This document shows positions 1 through 15,000 of a DNA stretch of 64,000 nucleotides, in pieces. Under the pieces are notes generated by a model. It searched no databases. It saw nothing but the letters and a program-made list of their open reading frames with translations, and was not told the origin of the DNA. This DNA comes from Tubulanus polymorphus (lineage: Eukaryota > Animalia > Nemertea): the NCBI RefSeq assembly GCF_964204645.1, contig NW_027437469.1:14001-78000 (forward strand), read 5' to 3'. How positions within the stretch are numbered: the stretch's first letter is position 1; every line of letters begins with the position of its first letter. Made by a program: the position numbers and the translations under genes.

Positions 1-3000
1 TCAGGAAAAGCACTTTTCGGCCCGAAAACGTCGTTCATCGCGAGAAAAGACGTTTTCGTATCAAATATTCCCCCTATCGGAAAAACGACAATGTCGATGC
101 GTAAAAGCGCTCAAATCGTCAGGAAAAGCACTTTTCGACGCGAAAACGTCGTCGTTCAGCGCGAGAAAAGAAGTTTTCGTATCAAATATTCCCCCTATCG
201 GAAAAACCACAGTGTCGATGCGTAAAAGCGCTCAAATCGTCAGGCAAAGCACTTTTCGACCCGAAAACGTCGTTCAGCGCGAGAAAGACGTTTACGTATC
301 AAATATTCCCCCTATCGAAAAACGACAATGCCGATGCGTAAAAGCGCTCAAATCGTCAGGAAAAGCACTTTTCGGACCGAAAACGTCGTTCAGCGCGAGA
401 CAAGACGTTTTCGTATCAAATATTCCCCCTATCGGAAAAACGACAATGCCGATGCGTAAAAGCGCTCAAATCGTCAGGAAAAGCACTTTTCGACGCGAAA
501 ACGTCGTTCGGCGCGAGAAAAGACGTTTTCGTATCAAATATTCCCCCTATCGAAAGAACGACAATGTCGATGCGTAAAAGCGCTCAAATCGTCAGGAAAA
601 GCACTTTTCAACGCGAAAACGTCGTCGTTCAGCGCGAGAAAAGACGTTTTCGTATCAAATATTCCCCTATCGGAAAAACGACAATGTCGATGCGTAAAAG
701 CGCTCATATCGTCAGGAAAAGCACTTTTCGGCCCGAAAACGTCGTTCAGCGCGAGAAAAGACGTTTTCGTATCAAATATTCCCCCTATCGGAAAAACCAG
801 AGTGTCGATGCGTAAAAGCGCTCAAATCGTCAGGCAAAGCACTTTTCGGCCCGAAAATGTCGTTCAGCGCGAGAAAAGCCGTTTTCGTATCAAATATTCC
901 CCCTATCGGAAAAACCACAGTGTCGATGCGTAAAAGCGCTCAAATCGTCAGGCAAAGCACTTTTCGACCCGAAAACGTCGTTCAGCGCGAGAAAAGACGT
1001 TTTCGTATCAAATATTCCCCCTATCGGAAAAACGACAGTGTCGATGCGTAAAAGCGCTCAAATCGTCAGGAAAAGCACTTTTCGGCCCGAAAACGTCGTT
1101 CAGCGCGAGAAAAGACGTCTTCGTATCAAATATACCCCCTATCGGAAAAACGACAATGTCGATGCGTAAAAGCGCTCAAATCGTCAGGAAAAGCACTTTT
1201 CAACGCGAAAACGTCGTCGTTCAGCGCGAGAAAAGACGTTTTCGTATCAAATATTCCCCCTATCGGAAAAACGACAATGCCGATGCGTAAAAGCGCTCAA
1301 ATCGTCAGGAAAAGCACTTTTCGACCCGAAAACGTCATTCAGCGCGAGAAAAGACGTTTTCGTATCAAATATTCCCCCTATCGGAAAAACGACAATGCCG
1401 ACGCGTAAAAGCGCTCAAATCGTCAGGAAAAGCACTTTTCGGACCGAAAACGTCGTTCAGCGCGAGAAAAGACATTTTCGTATCAAATATTCCCCCTATC
1501 GGAAAAACGACAATGCCGATGCGTAAAAGCGCTCAAATCGTCAGGAAAAACACTTTCGGACCGAAAACGTCGTTCAGCGCGAGACAAGACGTTTTCGTAT
1601 CAAATATTCCCCCTATCGGAAAAACGACAATTTCGATGCGTAAAAGCGCTCAAATCGTCAGAAAAAGCACTTTTCGGACCGAAAACGTCGTTCAGCGCAA
1701 GAAAAGACGTTTTCGTATCAAATATTCCCCCTATCGGAAAAACAACAGTGTCGATGCGTAAAAGCGCTCAAATCGTCAGGAAAAGCACTTTTCGGCCCGA
1801 AAACGTCGTTCAGCGCGAGAAAAGACGTTTTCGTATCAAATATTCCCCTATCGGAAAAACCACAGTGTCGATGCGTAAAAGCGCTCAAATCGTCAGGCAA
1901 AGCACTTTTCGGCCCGAAAATGTCGTTCAGTGCGAGAAAAGCCGTTTTCGTATCAAATATTCCCCCTATCGGAAAAACGTCAATGTCGATGCGTAAAAGC
2001 GCTCAAATCGTCAGGAAAAGCACTTTTCGACGCGAAAACGTCGTTCGGCGCGAGAAAAGACGTTTTACGTATCAAATATTCCCCCTATCGGAAGAACGAC
2101 AATGTCGATGCGTAAAAGCGCTCAAATCGTCAGGAAAAGCACTTTTCAACGCGAAAACGTCGTCGTTCAGCGCGAGAAAAGACGTTTTCGTATCAAATAT
2201 TCCCCCTATCGGAAAAACGACAATGTCGATGCGTAAAAGCGCTCAAATCGTCAGGAAAAGCACTTTTCGGCCCGAAAACGTCGTTCAGCGCGAGAAAAGT
2301 AGTTTTCGTATCAAATATTCCCCCTATCGGAAAAACCACAGTGTCGATGCGTAAAAGCGCTCAAATCGTCAGGCAAAGCACTTTTCGGCCCGAAAATGTC
2401 GTTCAGCGCGAGAAAAGCCGTTTTCGTATCAAATATTCTCCCTATCGGAAAAACGTCAACGTCGATGCGTAAAAGCGCTCAAATCGTCAGGAAAAGCACT
2501 TTTCGACGCGAAAACGTCGTTCAGCGCGAGAAAAGACGTTTTCATATCGAATATTCCCCCTATCGGAAAAACGACAATGTCGATGCGTAAAAGCGCTCAA
2601 ATCGTCAGGAAAAGCACTTTTCGACGCGAAAACGTCGTTCAGCGCGAGAAAAGACGTTTTCATATCAAATATTCCCCCTATCGGAAAAACGACAATGTCG
2701 ATGCGTAAAAGCGCTCAAATCGTCAGGACAAGCACTTTTCGACGCGAAAACGTCGTTCAGCGCGAGAAAAGACGTTTTCGTATCGAATATTCCCCCTATC
2801 GGAAAAACGACAATGTCGATGCGTAAAAGCGCACAAATCGTCAGAAAAAGCACTTTTCGGACCGAAAACGTCGTTCAGCGCAAGAAAAGTCGTTTTCGTA
2901 TCAAATATTCCCCCTATCGGAAAAACCACAGTGTCGATGCGTAAAAGCGCTCAAATCGTCAGGAAAAGCACTTTTCGGCCCGAAAACGTCGTTCAGCGCG

Positions 3001-6000
3001 AGAAAAGACGTTTTCGTATCAAATATTCCCCCTATCGGAAAAAACCACAGCGTCGATGCGTAAAAGCGCTCAAATCGTCAGGCAAAGCACTTTTCGGCCC
3101 GAAAATGTCGTTCAGCGCGAGAAAAGCCGTTTTCGTATCAAATATTCTCCCTATCGGAAAAACGTCAATGTCGATGCTTAAAAGCGCTCAAATCGTCAGG
3201 AAAAGCACTTTTCGACGCGAAAACGTCGTTCGGCGCGAGAAAAGACGTTTTCGTATCAAATATTCCCCCTATCGAAAGAACGACAATGTCGATGCGTAAA
3301 AGCGCTCAAATCGTCAGGAAAAACACTTTTCAACGCGAAAACGTCGTCGTTCAGCGCGAGAAAAGACGTTTTCGTATCAAATATTCCCCCTATCGGAAAA
3401 ACGACAATGTCGATGCGTAAAAGCGCTCAAATCGTCAGGAAAAGCACTTTTCGGCCCGAAAACGTCGTTCAGCGCGAGAAAAGACGTTTTCGTATCAAAT
3501 ATTCCCCCTATCGGAAAAACCACAGTGTCGATGCGTAAAAGCGCTCAAATCGTCAGGCAAAGCACTTTTCGGCCCGAAAATGTCGTTCAGCGCGAGAAAA
3601 GACGTTTTCGTATCAAATATTCTCCCTATCGGAAAAACGTCAACGTCGATGCGTAAAAGCGCTCAAATCGTCAGGAAAAGCACTTTTCGACGCGAAAACG
3701 TCGTTCGGCGTGAGAAAAGACGTTTTCGTATCAAATATTCCCCCTATCGAAAGAACGACAATGTCGATGCGTAAAAGCGCTCAAATCGTCAGGAAAAGCA
3801 CTTTTCAACGCGAAAACGTCGTCGTTCAGCGCGAGAAAAGACGTTTTCGTATCAAATATTCCCCCTATCGGAAAAACGACACTGTCGATGCGTAAAAGCG
3901 CTCAAATCGTCAGAAAAAGCACTTTTCGGACCGAAAACGTCGTTCAGCGCAAGAAAAGTCGTTTTCGTATCAAATATTCCCCCTATCGGAAAAACCACAG
4001 TGTCGATGCGTAAAAGCGCTCAAATCGTCAGGAAAAGCACTTTTCGGCCCGAAAACGTCGTTCAGCGCGAGAAAAGACGTTTTCGTATCAAATATTCCCC
4101 CTATCGGAAAAAACCACAGTGTCGATGCGTAAAAGCGCTCAAATCGTCAGGCAAAGCACTTTTCGGCCCGAAAATGTCGTTCAGTGCGAGAAAAGCCGTT
4201 TTCGTATCAAATATTCCCCCTATCGGAAAAACGTCAATGTCGATGCGTAAAAGCGCTCAAATCGTCAGGAAAAGCACTTTTCGACGCGAAAACGTCGTTC
4301 GGCGCGAGAAAAGATGTTTTCGTATCAAATATTCCCCCTATCGAAAGAACGACAATGTCGATGCGTAAAAGCGCTCAAATCGTCAGGAAAAGCACTTTTC
4401 AACGCGAAAACGTCGTCGTTCAGCGCGAGAAAAGACGTTTTCGTATCAAATATCCCCCCTATCGGAAAAACGACAATTTCGATGCGTAAAAGCGCTCAAA
4501 TCGTCAGAAAAAGCACTTTTCGGACCGAAAACGTCGTTCAGCGCAAGAAAAGACGTTTTCGTATCAAATATTCCCCCTATCGGAAAAACCACAGTGTCGA
4601 TGCGTAAAAGCGCTCAAATCGTCAGGCAAAGCACTTTTCGGCCCGAAAATGTCGTTCAGTGCGAGAAAAGCCGTTTTCGTATCAGATATTCCCCCTATCG
4701 GAAAAACGACAATGTCGATGCGTAAAAGCGCTCAAATCGTCAGGAAAAGCAATTTTCGACGCGAAAACGTCGTTCGGCGCGAGAAAAGATGTTTTCGTAT
4801 CAAATATTCCCCCTATCGGAAAAACGACAATGTCGATGCGTAAAAGCGCTCAAATCGTCAGGCAAAGCACTTTTCGGCCCGAAAATGTCGTTCAGCGCGA
4901 GAAAAGCCGTTTTCGTATCAAATATTCTCCCTATCGGAAAAACGTCAACGTCGATGCGTAAAAGCGCTCAAATCGTCAGGAAAAGCACTTTTCGACGCGA
5001 AAACGTCGTTCGGCGTGAGAAAAGACGTTTTCGTATCAAATATTTCCCCTATCGAAAGAACGACAATGTCGATGCGTAAAAGCGCTCAAATCGTCAGGAA
5101 AAGCACTTTTCAACGCGAAAACGTCGTCGTTCAGCGCGAGAAAAGACGTTTTCGTATCAAATATTCCCCCTATCGGAAAAACGACAATGTCGATGCGTAA
5201 AAGCGCTCAAATCGTCAGAAAAAGCACTTTTCGGACCGAAAACGTCGTTCAGCGCAAGAAAAGTCGTTTTCGTATCAAATATTCCCCCTATCGGAAAAAC
5301 CACAGTGTCGATGCGTAAAAGCGCTCAAATCGTCAGGAAAAGCACTTTTCGGCCCGAAAACGTCGTTCAGCGCGAGAAAAGACGTTTTCGTATCAAATAT
5401 TCCCCCTATCGGAAAAAACCACAGCGTCGATGCGTAAAAGCGCTCAAATCGTCAGGCAAAGCACTTTTCGGCCCGAAAATGTCGTTCAGCGCGAGAAAAG
5501 CCGTTTTCGTATCAAATATTCTCCCTATCGGAAAAACGTCAATGTCGATGCTTAAAAGCGCTCAAATCGTCAGGAAAAGCACTTTTCGACGCGAAAACGT
5601 CGTTCGGCGCGAGAAAAGACGTTTTCGTATCAAATATTCCCCCTATCGAAAGAACGACAATGTCGATGCGTAAAAGCGCTCAAATCGTCAGGAAAAACAC
5701 TTTTCAACGCGAAAACGTCGTCGTTCAGCGCGAGAAAAGACGTTTTCGTATCAAATATTCCCCCTATCGGAAAAACGACAATGTCGATGCGTAAAAGCGC
5801 TCAAATCGTCAGGAAAAGCACTTTTCGGCCCGAAAACGTCGTTCAGCGCGAGAAAAGACGTTTTCGTATCAAATATTCCCCCTATCGGAAAAACCACAGT
5901 GTCGATGCGTAAAAGCGCTCAAATCGTCAGGCAAAGCACTTTTCGGCCCGAAAATGTCGTTCAGCGCGAGAAAAGACGTTTTCGTATCAAATATTCTCCC

Positions 6001-9000
6001 TATCGGAAAAACGTCAACGTCGATGCGTAAAAGCGCTCAAATCGTCAGGAAAAGCACTTTTCGACGCGAAAACGTCGTTCGGCGTGAGAAAAGACGTTTT
6101 CGTATCAAATATTCCCCCTATCGAAAGAACGACAATGTCGATGCGTAAAAGCGCTCAAATCGTCAGGAAAAGCACTTTTCAACGCGAAAACGTCGTCGTT
6201 CAGCGCGAGAAAAGACGTTTTCGTATCAAATATTCCCCCTATCGGAAAAACGACAATGTCGATGCGTAAAAGCGCTCAAATCGTCAGAAAAAGCACTTTT
6301 CGGACCGAAAACGTCGTTCAGCGCAAGAAAAGTCGTTTTCGTATCAAATATTCCCCCTATCGGAAAAACCACAGTGTCGATGCGTAAAAGCGCTCAAATC
6401 GTCAGGAAAAGCACTTTTCGGCCCGAAAACGTCGTTCAGCGCGAGAAAAGACGTTTTCGTATCAAATATTCCCCCTATCGGAAAAACCACAGTGTCGATG
6501 CGTAAAAGCGCTCAAATCGTCAGGCAAAGCACTTTTCGGCCCGAAAATGTCGTTCAGTGCGAGAAAAGCCGTTTTCGTATCAAATATTCCCCCTATCGGA
6601 AAAACGTCAATGTCGATGCGTAAAAGCGCTCAAATCGTCAGGAAAAGCACTTTTCGACGCGAAAACGTCGTTCGGCGCGAGAAAAGATGTTTTCGTATCA
6701 AATATTCCCCCTATCGAAAGAACGACAATGTCGATGCGTAAAAGCGCTCAAATCGTCAGGAAAAGCACTTTTCAACGCGAAAACGTCGTCGTTCAGCGCG
6801 AGAAAAGATGTTTTCGTATCAAATATCCCCCCTATCGGAAAAACGACAATTTCGATGCGTAAAAGCGCTCAAATCGTCAGAAAAAGCACTTTTCGGACCG
6901 AAAACGTCGTTCAGCGCAAGAAAAGACGTTTTCGTATCAAATATTCCCCCTATCGGAAAAACCACAGTGTCGATGCGTAAAAGCGCTCAAATCGTCAGGC
7001 AAAGCACTTTTCGGCCCGAAAATGTCGTTCAGTGCGAGAAAAGCCGTTTTCGTATCAGATATTCCCCCTATCGGAAAAACGACAATGTCGATGCGTAAAA
7101 GCGCTCAAATCGTCAGGAAAAGCACTTTTCGACGCGAAAACGTCGTTCGGCGCGAGAAAAGATGTTTTCGTATCAAATATTCCCCCTATCGAAAGAACGA
7201 CAATGTCGATGCGTAAAAGCGCTCAAATCGTCAGGAAAAGCACTTTTCAACGCGAAAACGTCGTCGTTCAGCGCGAGAAAAGACGTTTTCGTATCAAATA
7301 TTCCCCCTATCGGAAAAACGACAATTTCGATGCGTAAAAGCGCTCAAATCGTCAGAAAAAGCACTTTTCGGACCGAAAACGTCGTTCAGCGCAAGAAAAG
7401 ACGTTTTCGTATCAAATATTCCCCCTATCGGAAAAAACCACAGTGTCGATGCGTAAAAGCGCTCAAATCGTCAGGAAAAGCACTTTTCAACGCGAAAACG
7501 TCGTTCAGCGCGAGAAAAGACGTTTTCGTATCAAATATTCCCCCTATCGGAAAAACGACAATGTCGATGCGTAAAAGCGCTCAAATCGTCAGGAAAAGCA
7601 CTTTTCGACGCGAAAACGTCGTACAGCGCGAGAAAAGACGTTTTCGTATCAAATATTCCCCCTATCGGAAAAACGACAATGTCGATGCGTAAAAGCGCTC
7701 AAATCGTCAGGAAAAGCACTTTGCGACGCGAAAACGTCGTTCAGCGCGAGAAAAGACGTTTTCGTATCAAATATTCCCCCTATCGGAAAAACGACAATGT
7801 CGATGCGTAAAAGCGCTCAAATCGTCAGGAAAAGCACTTTTCGACGCGAAAACGTCGTTCAGCGCGAGAAAAGACGTTTTCGTATCAAATATTCCCCCTA
7901 TCGGAAAAACGACAATGTCGATGCGTAAAAGCGCTCAAATCGTCAGGAAAAGCACTTTTCGACGCGAAAACGTCGTACAGCGCGAGAAAAGACGTTTTCG
8001 TATCAAATATTCCCCCTATCGGAAAAACGACAATGTCGATGCGTAAAAGCGCTCAAATCGTCAGGAAAAGCACTTTTCGGCCCGAAAACGTCGTTCAGCG
8101 CGAGAAAAGACGTTTTCGTATCAAATATTCCCCCTATCGGAAAAACCACAGTGTCGATGCGTAAAAGCGCTCAAATCGTCAGGCAAAGCACTTTTCGGCC
8201 CGAAAATGTCGTTCAGCGCGAGAAAAGACGTTTTCGTATCAAATATTCTCCCTATCGGAAAAACGTCAACGTCGATGCGTAAAAGCGCTCAAATCGTCAG
8301 GAAAAGCACTTTTCGACGCGAAAACGTCGTTCGGCGTGAGAAAAGACGTTTTCGTATCAAATATTCCCCCTATCGAAAGAACGACAATGTCGATGCGTAA
8401 AAGCGCTCAAATCGTCAGGAAAAGCACTTTTCAACGCGAAAACGTCGTCGTTCAGCGCGAGAAAAGACGTTTTCGTATCAAATATTCCCCCTATCGGAAA
8501 AACGACAATGTCGATGCGTAAAAGCGCTCAAATCGTCAGAAAAAGCACTTTTCGGACCGAAAACGTCGTTCAGCGCAAGAAAAGTCGTTTTCGTATCAAA
8601 TATTCCCCCTATCGGAAAAACCACAGTGTCGATGCGTAAAAGCGCTCAAATCGTCAGGAAAAGCACTTTTCGGCCCGAAAACGTCGTTCAGCGCGAGAAA
8701 AGACGTTTTCGTATCAAATATTCCCCCTATCGGAAAAACCACAGTGTCGATGCGTAAAAGCGCTCAAATCGTCAGGCAAACCACTTTTCGGCCCGAAAAT
8801 GTCGTTCAGTGCGAGAAAAGCCGTTTTCGTATCAAATATTCCCCCTATCGGAAAAACGTCAATGTCGATGCGTAAAAGCGCTCAAATCGTCAGGAAAAGC
8901 ACTTTTCGACGCAAAAACGTCGTTCGGCGCGAGAAAAGATGTTTTCGTATCAAATATTCCCCCTATCGAAAGAACGACAATGTCGATGCGTAAAAGCGCT

Positions 9001-12000
9001 CAAATCGTCAGGAAAAGCACTTTTCAACGCGAAAACGTCGTCGTTCAGCGCGAGAAAAGACGTTTTCGTATCAAATATTCCCCCTATCGGAAAAACGACA
9101 ATTTCGATGCGTAAAAGCGCTCAAATCGTCAGAAAAAGCACTTTTCGGACCGAAAACGTCGTTCAGCGCAAGAAAAGACGTTTTCGTATCAAATATTCCC
9201 CCTATCGGAAAAACCACAGTGTCGATGCGTAAAAGCGCTCAAATCGTCAGGCAAAGCACTTTTCGGCCCGAAAATGTCGTTCAGTGCGAGAAAAGCCGTT
9301 TTCGTATCAGATATTCCCCCTATCGGAAAAACGACAATGTCGATGCGTAAAAGCGCTCAAATCGTCAGGAAAAGCACTTTTCGACGCGAAAACGTCGTTC
9401 GGCGCGAGAAAAGATGTTTTCGTATCAAATATTCCCCCTATCGAAAGAACGACAATGTCGATGCGTAAAAGCGCTCAAATCGTCAGGAAAAGCACTTTTC
9501 AACGCGAAAACGTCGTCGTTCAGCGCGAGAAAAGACGTTTTCGTATCAAATATTCCCCCTATCGGAAAAACGACAATTTCGATGCGTAAAAGCGCTCAAA
9601 TCGTCAGAAAAAGCACTTTTCGGACCGAAAACGTCGTTCAGCGCAAGAAAAGACGTTTTCGTATCAAATATTCCCCCTATCGGAAAAAACCACAGTGTCG
9701 ATGCGTAAAAGCGCTCAAATCGTCAGGAAAAGCACTTTTCGGACCGAAAACGTCGTTCAGCGCAAGAAAAGACGTTTTCGTATCAAATATTCCCCCTATC
9801 GGAAAAACAACAGTGTCGATGCGTAAAAGCGCTCAAATCGTCAGGAAAAGCACTTTTCGGCCCGAAAACGTCGTTCAGCGCGAGAAAAGACGTTTTCGTA
9901 TCAAATATTCCCCCTATCAGAAAAACCACAGTGTCGATGCGTAAAAGCGCTCAAATCGTCAGGCAAAGCACTTTTCGGCCCGAAAATGTCGTTCAGTGCG
10001 AGAAAAGCCGTTTTCGTATCAAATATTCCCCCTATCGGAAAAACGTCAATGTCGATGCGTAAAAGTGCTCAAATCGTCAGGAAAAGCACTTTTCGACGCG
10101 AAAACGTCGTTCGGCGCGAGAAAAGACGTTTTCGTATCAAATATTCCCCCTATCGGAAGAACGACAATGTCGATGCGTAAAAGCGCTCAAATCGTCAGGA
10201 AAAGCACTTTTCAACGCGAAAACGTCGTCGTTCAGCGCGAGAAAAGACGTTTTCGTATCAAATATTCCCCCTATCGGAAAAACGACAATGTCGATGCGTA
10301 AAAGCGCTCAAATCGTCAGGAAAAGCACTTTTCGGCCCGAAAACGTCGTTCAGCGCGAGAAAAGTAGTTTTCGTATCAAATATTCCCCCTATCGGAAAAA
10401 CCACAGTGTCGATGCGTAAAAGCGCTCAAATCGTCAGGCAAAGCACTTTTCGGCCCGAAAATGTCGTTCAGCGCGAGAAAAGCCGTTTTCGTATCAAATA
10501 TTCTCCCTATCGGAAAAACGTCAACGTCGATGCGTAAAAGCGCTCAAATCGTCAGGAAAAGCACTTTTCGACGCGAAAACGTCGTTCGGCGTGAGAAAAG
10601 ACGTTTTCGTATCAAATATTTCCCCTATCGAAAGAACGACAATGTCGATGCGTAAAAGCGCTCAAATCGTCAGGAAAAGCACTTTTCAACGCGAAAACGT
10701 CGTCGTTCAGCGCGAGAAAAGACGTTTTCGTATCAAATATTCCCCCTATCGGAAAAACGACAATGTCGATGCGTAAAAGCGCTCAAATCGTCAGGAAAAG
10801 CACTTTTCAACGCGAAAACGTCGTCGTTCAGCGCGAGAAAAGACGTTTTCGTATCAAATATTCCCCCTATCGGAAAAACGACAATGTCGATGCGTAAAAG
10901 CGCTCAAATCGTCAGGAAAAGCACTTTTCGGCCCGAAAACGTCGTTCAGCGCGAGAAAAGTAGTTTTCGTATCAAATATTCCCCCTATCGGAAAAACCAC
11001 AGTGTCGATGCGTAAAAGCGCTCAAATCGTCAGGCAAAGCACTTTTCGGCCCGAAAATGTCGTTCAGCGCGAGAAAAGCCGTTTTCGTATCAAATATTCT
11101 CCCTATCGGAAAAACGTCAACGTCGATGCGTAAAAGCGCTCAAATCGTCAGGAAAAGCACTTTTCGACGCGAAAACGTCGTTCGGCGTGAGAAAAGACGT
11201 TTTCGTATCAAATATTTCCCCTATCGAAAGAACGACAATGTCGATGCGTAAAAGCGCTCAAATCGTCAGGAAAAGCACTTTTCAACGCGAAAACGTCGTC
11301 GTTCAGCGCGAGAAAAGACGTTTTCGTATCAAATATTCCCCCTATCGGAAAAACGACAATGTCGATGCGTAAAAGCGCTCAAATCGTCAGAAAAAGCACT
11401 TTTCGGACCGAAAACGTCGTTCAGCGCAAGAAAAGTTGTTTTCGTATCAAATATTCCCCCTATCGGAAAAACCACAGTGTCGATGCGTAAAAGCGCTCAA
11501 ATCGTCAGGAAAAGCACTTTTCGGCCCGAAAACGTCGTTCAGCGCGAGAAAAGACGTTTTCGTATCAAATATTCCCCCTATCGGAAAAAACCACAGCGTC
11601 GATGCGTAAAAGCGCTCAAATCGTCAGGCAAAGCACTTTTCGGCCCGAAAATGTCGTTCAGCGCGAGAAAAGCCGTTTTCGTATCAAATATTCTCCCTAT
11701 CGGAAAAACGTCAATGTCGATGCTTAAAAGCGCTCAAATCGTCAGGAAAAGCACTTTTCGACGCGAAAACGTCGTTCGGCGCGAGAAAAGACGTTTTCGT
11801 ATCAAATATTCCCCCTATCGAAAGAACGACAATGTCGATGCGTAAAAGCGCTCAAATCGTCAGGAAAAACACTTTTCAACGCGAAAACGTCGTCGTTCAG
11901 CGCGAGAAAAGACGTTTTCGTATCAAATATTCCCCCTATCGGAAAAACGACAATGTCGATGCGTAAAAGCGCTCAAATCGTCAGGAAAAGCACTTTTCGA

Positions 12001-15000
12001 CGCGAAAACGTCGTACAGCGCGAGAAAAGACGTTTTCGTATCAAATATTCCCCCTATCGGAAAAACGACAATGTCGATGCGTAAAAGCGCTCAAATCGTC
12101 AGGAAAAGCACTTTTCGGCCCGAAAACGTCGTTCAGCGCGAGAAAAGACGTTTTCGTATCAAATATTCCCCCTATCGGAAAAACCACAGTGTCGATGCGT
12201 AAAAGCGCTCAAATCGTCAGGCAAAGCACTTTTCGGCCCGAAAATGTCGTTCAGCGCGAGAAAAGACGTTTTCGTATCAAATATTCTCCCTATCGGAAAA
12301 ACGTCAACGTCGATGCGTAAAAGCGCTCAAATCGTCAGGAAAAGCACTTTTCGACGCGAAAACGTCGTTCGGCGTGAGAAAAGACGTTTTCGTATCAAAT
12401 ATTCCCCCTATCGAAAGAACGACAATGTCGATGCGTAAAAGCGCTCAAATCGTCAGGAAAAGCACTTTTCAACGCGAAAACGTCGTCGTTCAGCGCGAGA
12501 AAAGACGTTTTCGTATCAAATATTCCCCCTATCGGAAAAACGACAATGTCGATGCGTAAAAGCGCTCAAATCGTCAGAAAAAGCACTTTTCGGACCGAAA
12601 ACGTCGTTCAGCGCAAGAAAAGTCGTTTTCGTATCAAATATTCCCCCTATCGGAAAAACCACAGTGTCGATGCGTAAAAGCGCTCAAATCGTCAGGAAAA
12701 GCACTTTTCGGCCCGAAAACGTCGTTCAGCGCGAGAAAAGACGTTTTCGTATCAAATATTCCCCCTATCGGAAAAACCACAGTGTCGATGCGTAAAAGCG
12801 CTCAAATCGTCAGGCAAACCACTTTTCGGCCCGAAAATGTCGTTCAGTGCGAGAAAAGCCGTTTTCGTATCAAATATTCCCCCTATCGGAAAAACGTCAA
12901 TGTCGATGCGTAAAAGCGCTCAAATCGTCAGGAAAAGCACTTTTCGACGCAAAAACGTCGTTCGGCGCGAGAAAAGATGTTTTCGTATCAAATATTCCCC
13001 CTATCGAAAGAACGACAATGTCGATGCGTAAAAGCGCTCAAATCGTCAGGAAAAGCACTTTTCAACGCGAAAACGTCGTCGTTCAGCGCGAGAAAAGACG
13101 TTTTCGTATCAAATATTCCCCCTATCGGAAAAACGACAATTTCGATGCGTAAAAGCGCTCAAATCGTCAGAAAAAGCACTTTTCGGACCGAAAACGTCGT
13201 TCAGCGCAAGAAAAGACGTTTTCGTATCAAATATTCCCCCTATCGGAAAAACCACAGTGTCGATGCGTAAAAGCGCTCAAATCGTCAGGCAAAGCACTTT
13301 TCGGCCCGAAAATGTCGTTCAGTGCGAGAAAAGCCGTTTTCGTATCAGATATTCCCCCTATCGGAAAAACGACAATGTCGATGCGTAAAAGCGCTCAAAT
13401 CGTCAGGAAAAGCACTTTTCGACGCGAAAACGTCGTTCGGCGCGAGAAAAGATGTTTTCGTATCAAATATTCCCCCTATCGAAAGAACGACAATGTCGAT
13501 GCGTAAAAGCGCTCAAATCGTCAGGAAAAGCACTTTTCAACGCGAAAACGTCGTCGTTCAGCGCGAGAAAAGACGTTTTCGTATCAAATATTCCCCCTAT
13601 CGGAAAAACGACAATTTCGATGCGTAAAAGCGCTCAAATCGTCAGAAAAAGCACTTTTCGGACCGAAAACGTCGTTCAGCGCAAGAAAAGACGTTTTCGT
13701 ATCAAATATTCCCCCTATCGGAAAAAACCACAGTGTCGATGCGTAAAAGCGCTCAAATCGTCAGGAAAAGCACTTTTCGGACCGAAAACGTCGTTCAGCG
13801 CAAGAAAAGACGTTTTCGTATCAAATATTCCCCCTATCGGAAAAACAACAGTGTCGATGCGTAAAAGCGCTCAAATCGTCAGGAAAAGCACTTTTCGGCC
13901 CGAAAACGTCGTTCAGCGCGAGAAAAGACGTTTTCGTATCAAATATTCCCCCTATCAGAAAAACCACAGTGTCGATGCGTAAAAGCGCTCAAATCGTCAG
14001 GCAAAGCACTTTTCGGCCCGAAAATGTCGTTCAGTGCGAGAAAAGCCGTTTTCGTATCAAATATTCCCCCTATCGGAAAAACGTCAATGTCGATGCGTAA
14101 AAGTGCTCAAATCGTCAGGAAAAGCACTTTTCGACGCGAAAACGTCGTTCGGCGCGAGAAAAGACGTTTTCGTATCAAATATTCCCCCTATCGGAAGAAC
14201 GACAATGTCGATGCGTAAAAGCGCTCAAATCGTCAGGAAAAGCACTTTTCAACGCGAAAACGTCGTCGTTCAGCGCGAGAAAAGACGTTTTCGTATCAAA
14301 TATTCCCCCTATCGGAAAAACGACAATGTCGATGCGTAAAAGCGCTCAAATCGTCAGGAAAAGCACTTTTCGGCCCGAAAACGTCGTTCAGCGCGAGAAA
14401 AGTAGTTTTCGTATCAAATATTCCCCCTATCGGAAAAACCACAGTGTCGATGCGTAAAAGCGCTCAAATCGTCAGGCAAAGCACTTTTCGGCCCGAAAAT
14501 GTCGTTCAGCGCGAGAAAAGCCGTTTTCGTATCAAATATTCTCCCTATCGGAAAAACGTCAACGTCGATGCGTAAAAGCGCTCAAATCGTCAGGAAAAGC
14601 ACTTTTCGACGCGAAAACGTCGTTCGGCGTGAGAAAAGACGTTTTCGTATCAAATATTTCCCCTATCGAAAGAACGACAATGTCGATGCGTAAAAGCGCT
14701 CAAATCGTCAGGAAAAGCACTTTTCAACGCGAAAACGTCGTCGTTCAGCGCGAGAAAAGACGTTTTCGTATCAAATATTCCCCCTATCGGAAAAACGACA
14801 ATGTCGATGCGTAAAAGCGCTCAAATCGTCAGGAAAAGCACTTTTCAACGCGAAAACGTCGTCGTTCAGCGCGAGAAAAGACGTTTTCGTATCAAATATT
14901 CCCCCTATCGGAAAAACGACAATGTCGATGCGTAAAAGCGCTCAAATCGTCAGGAAAAGCACTTTTCGGCCCGAAAACGTCGTTCAGCGCGAGAAAAGTA

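Noticed and set aside
1-118. CENP-B box in the monomer
   Set aside because: TTCG is frequent, but I found no match to TTCG-N4-A-N2-CGGG on either strand.
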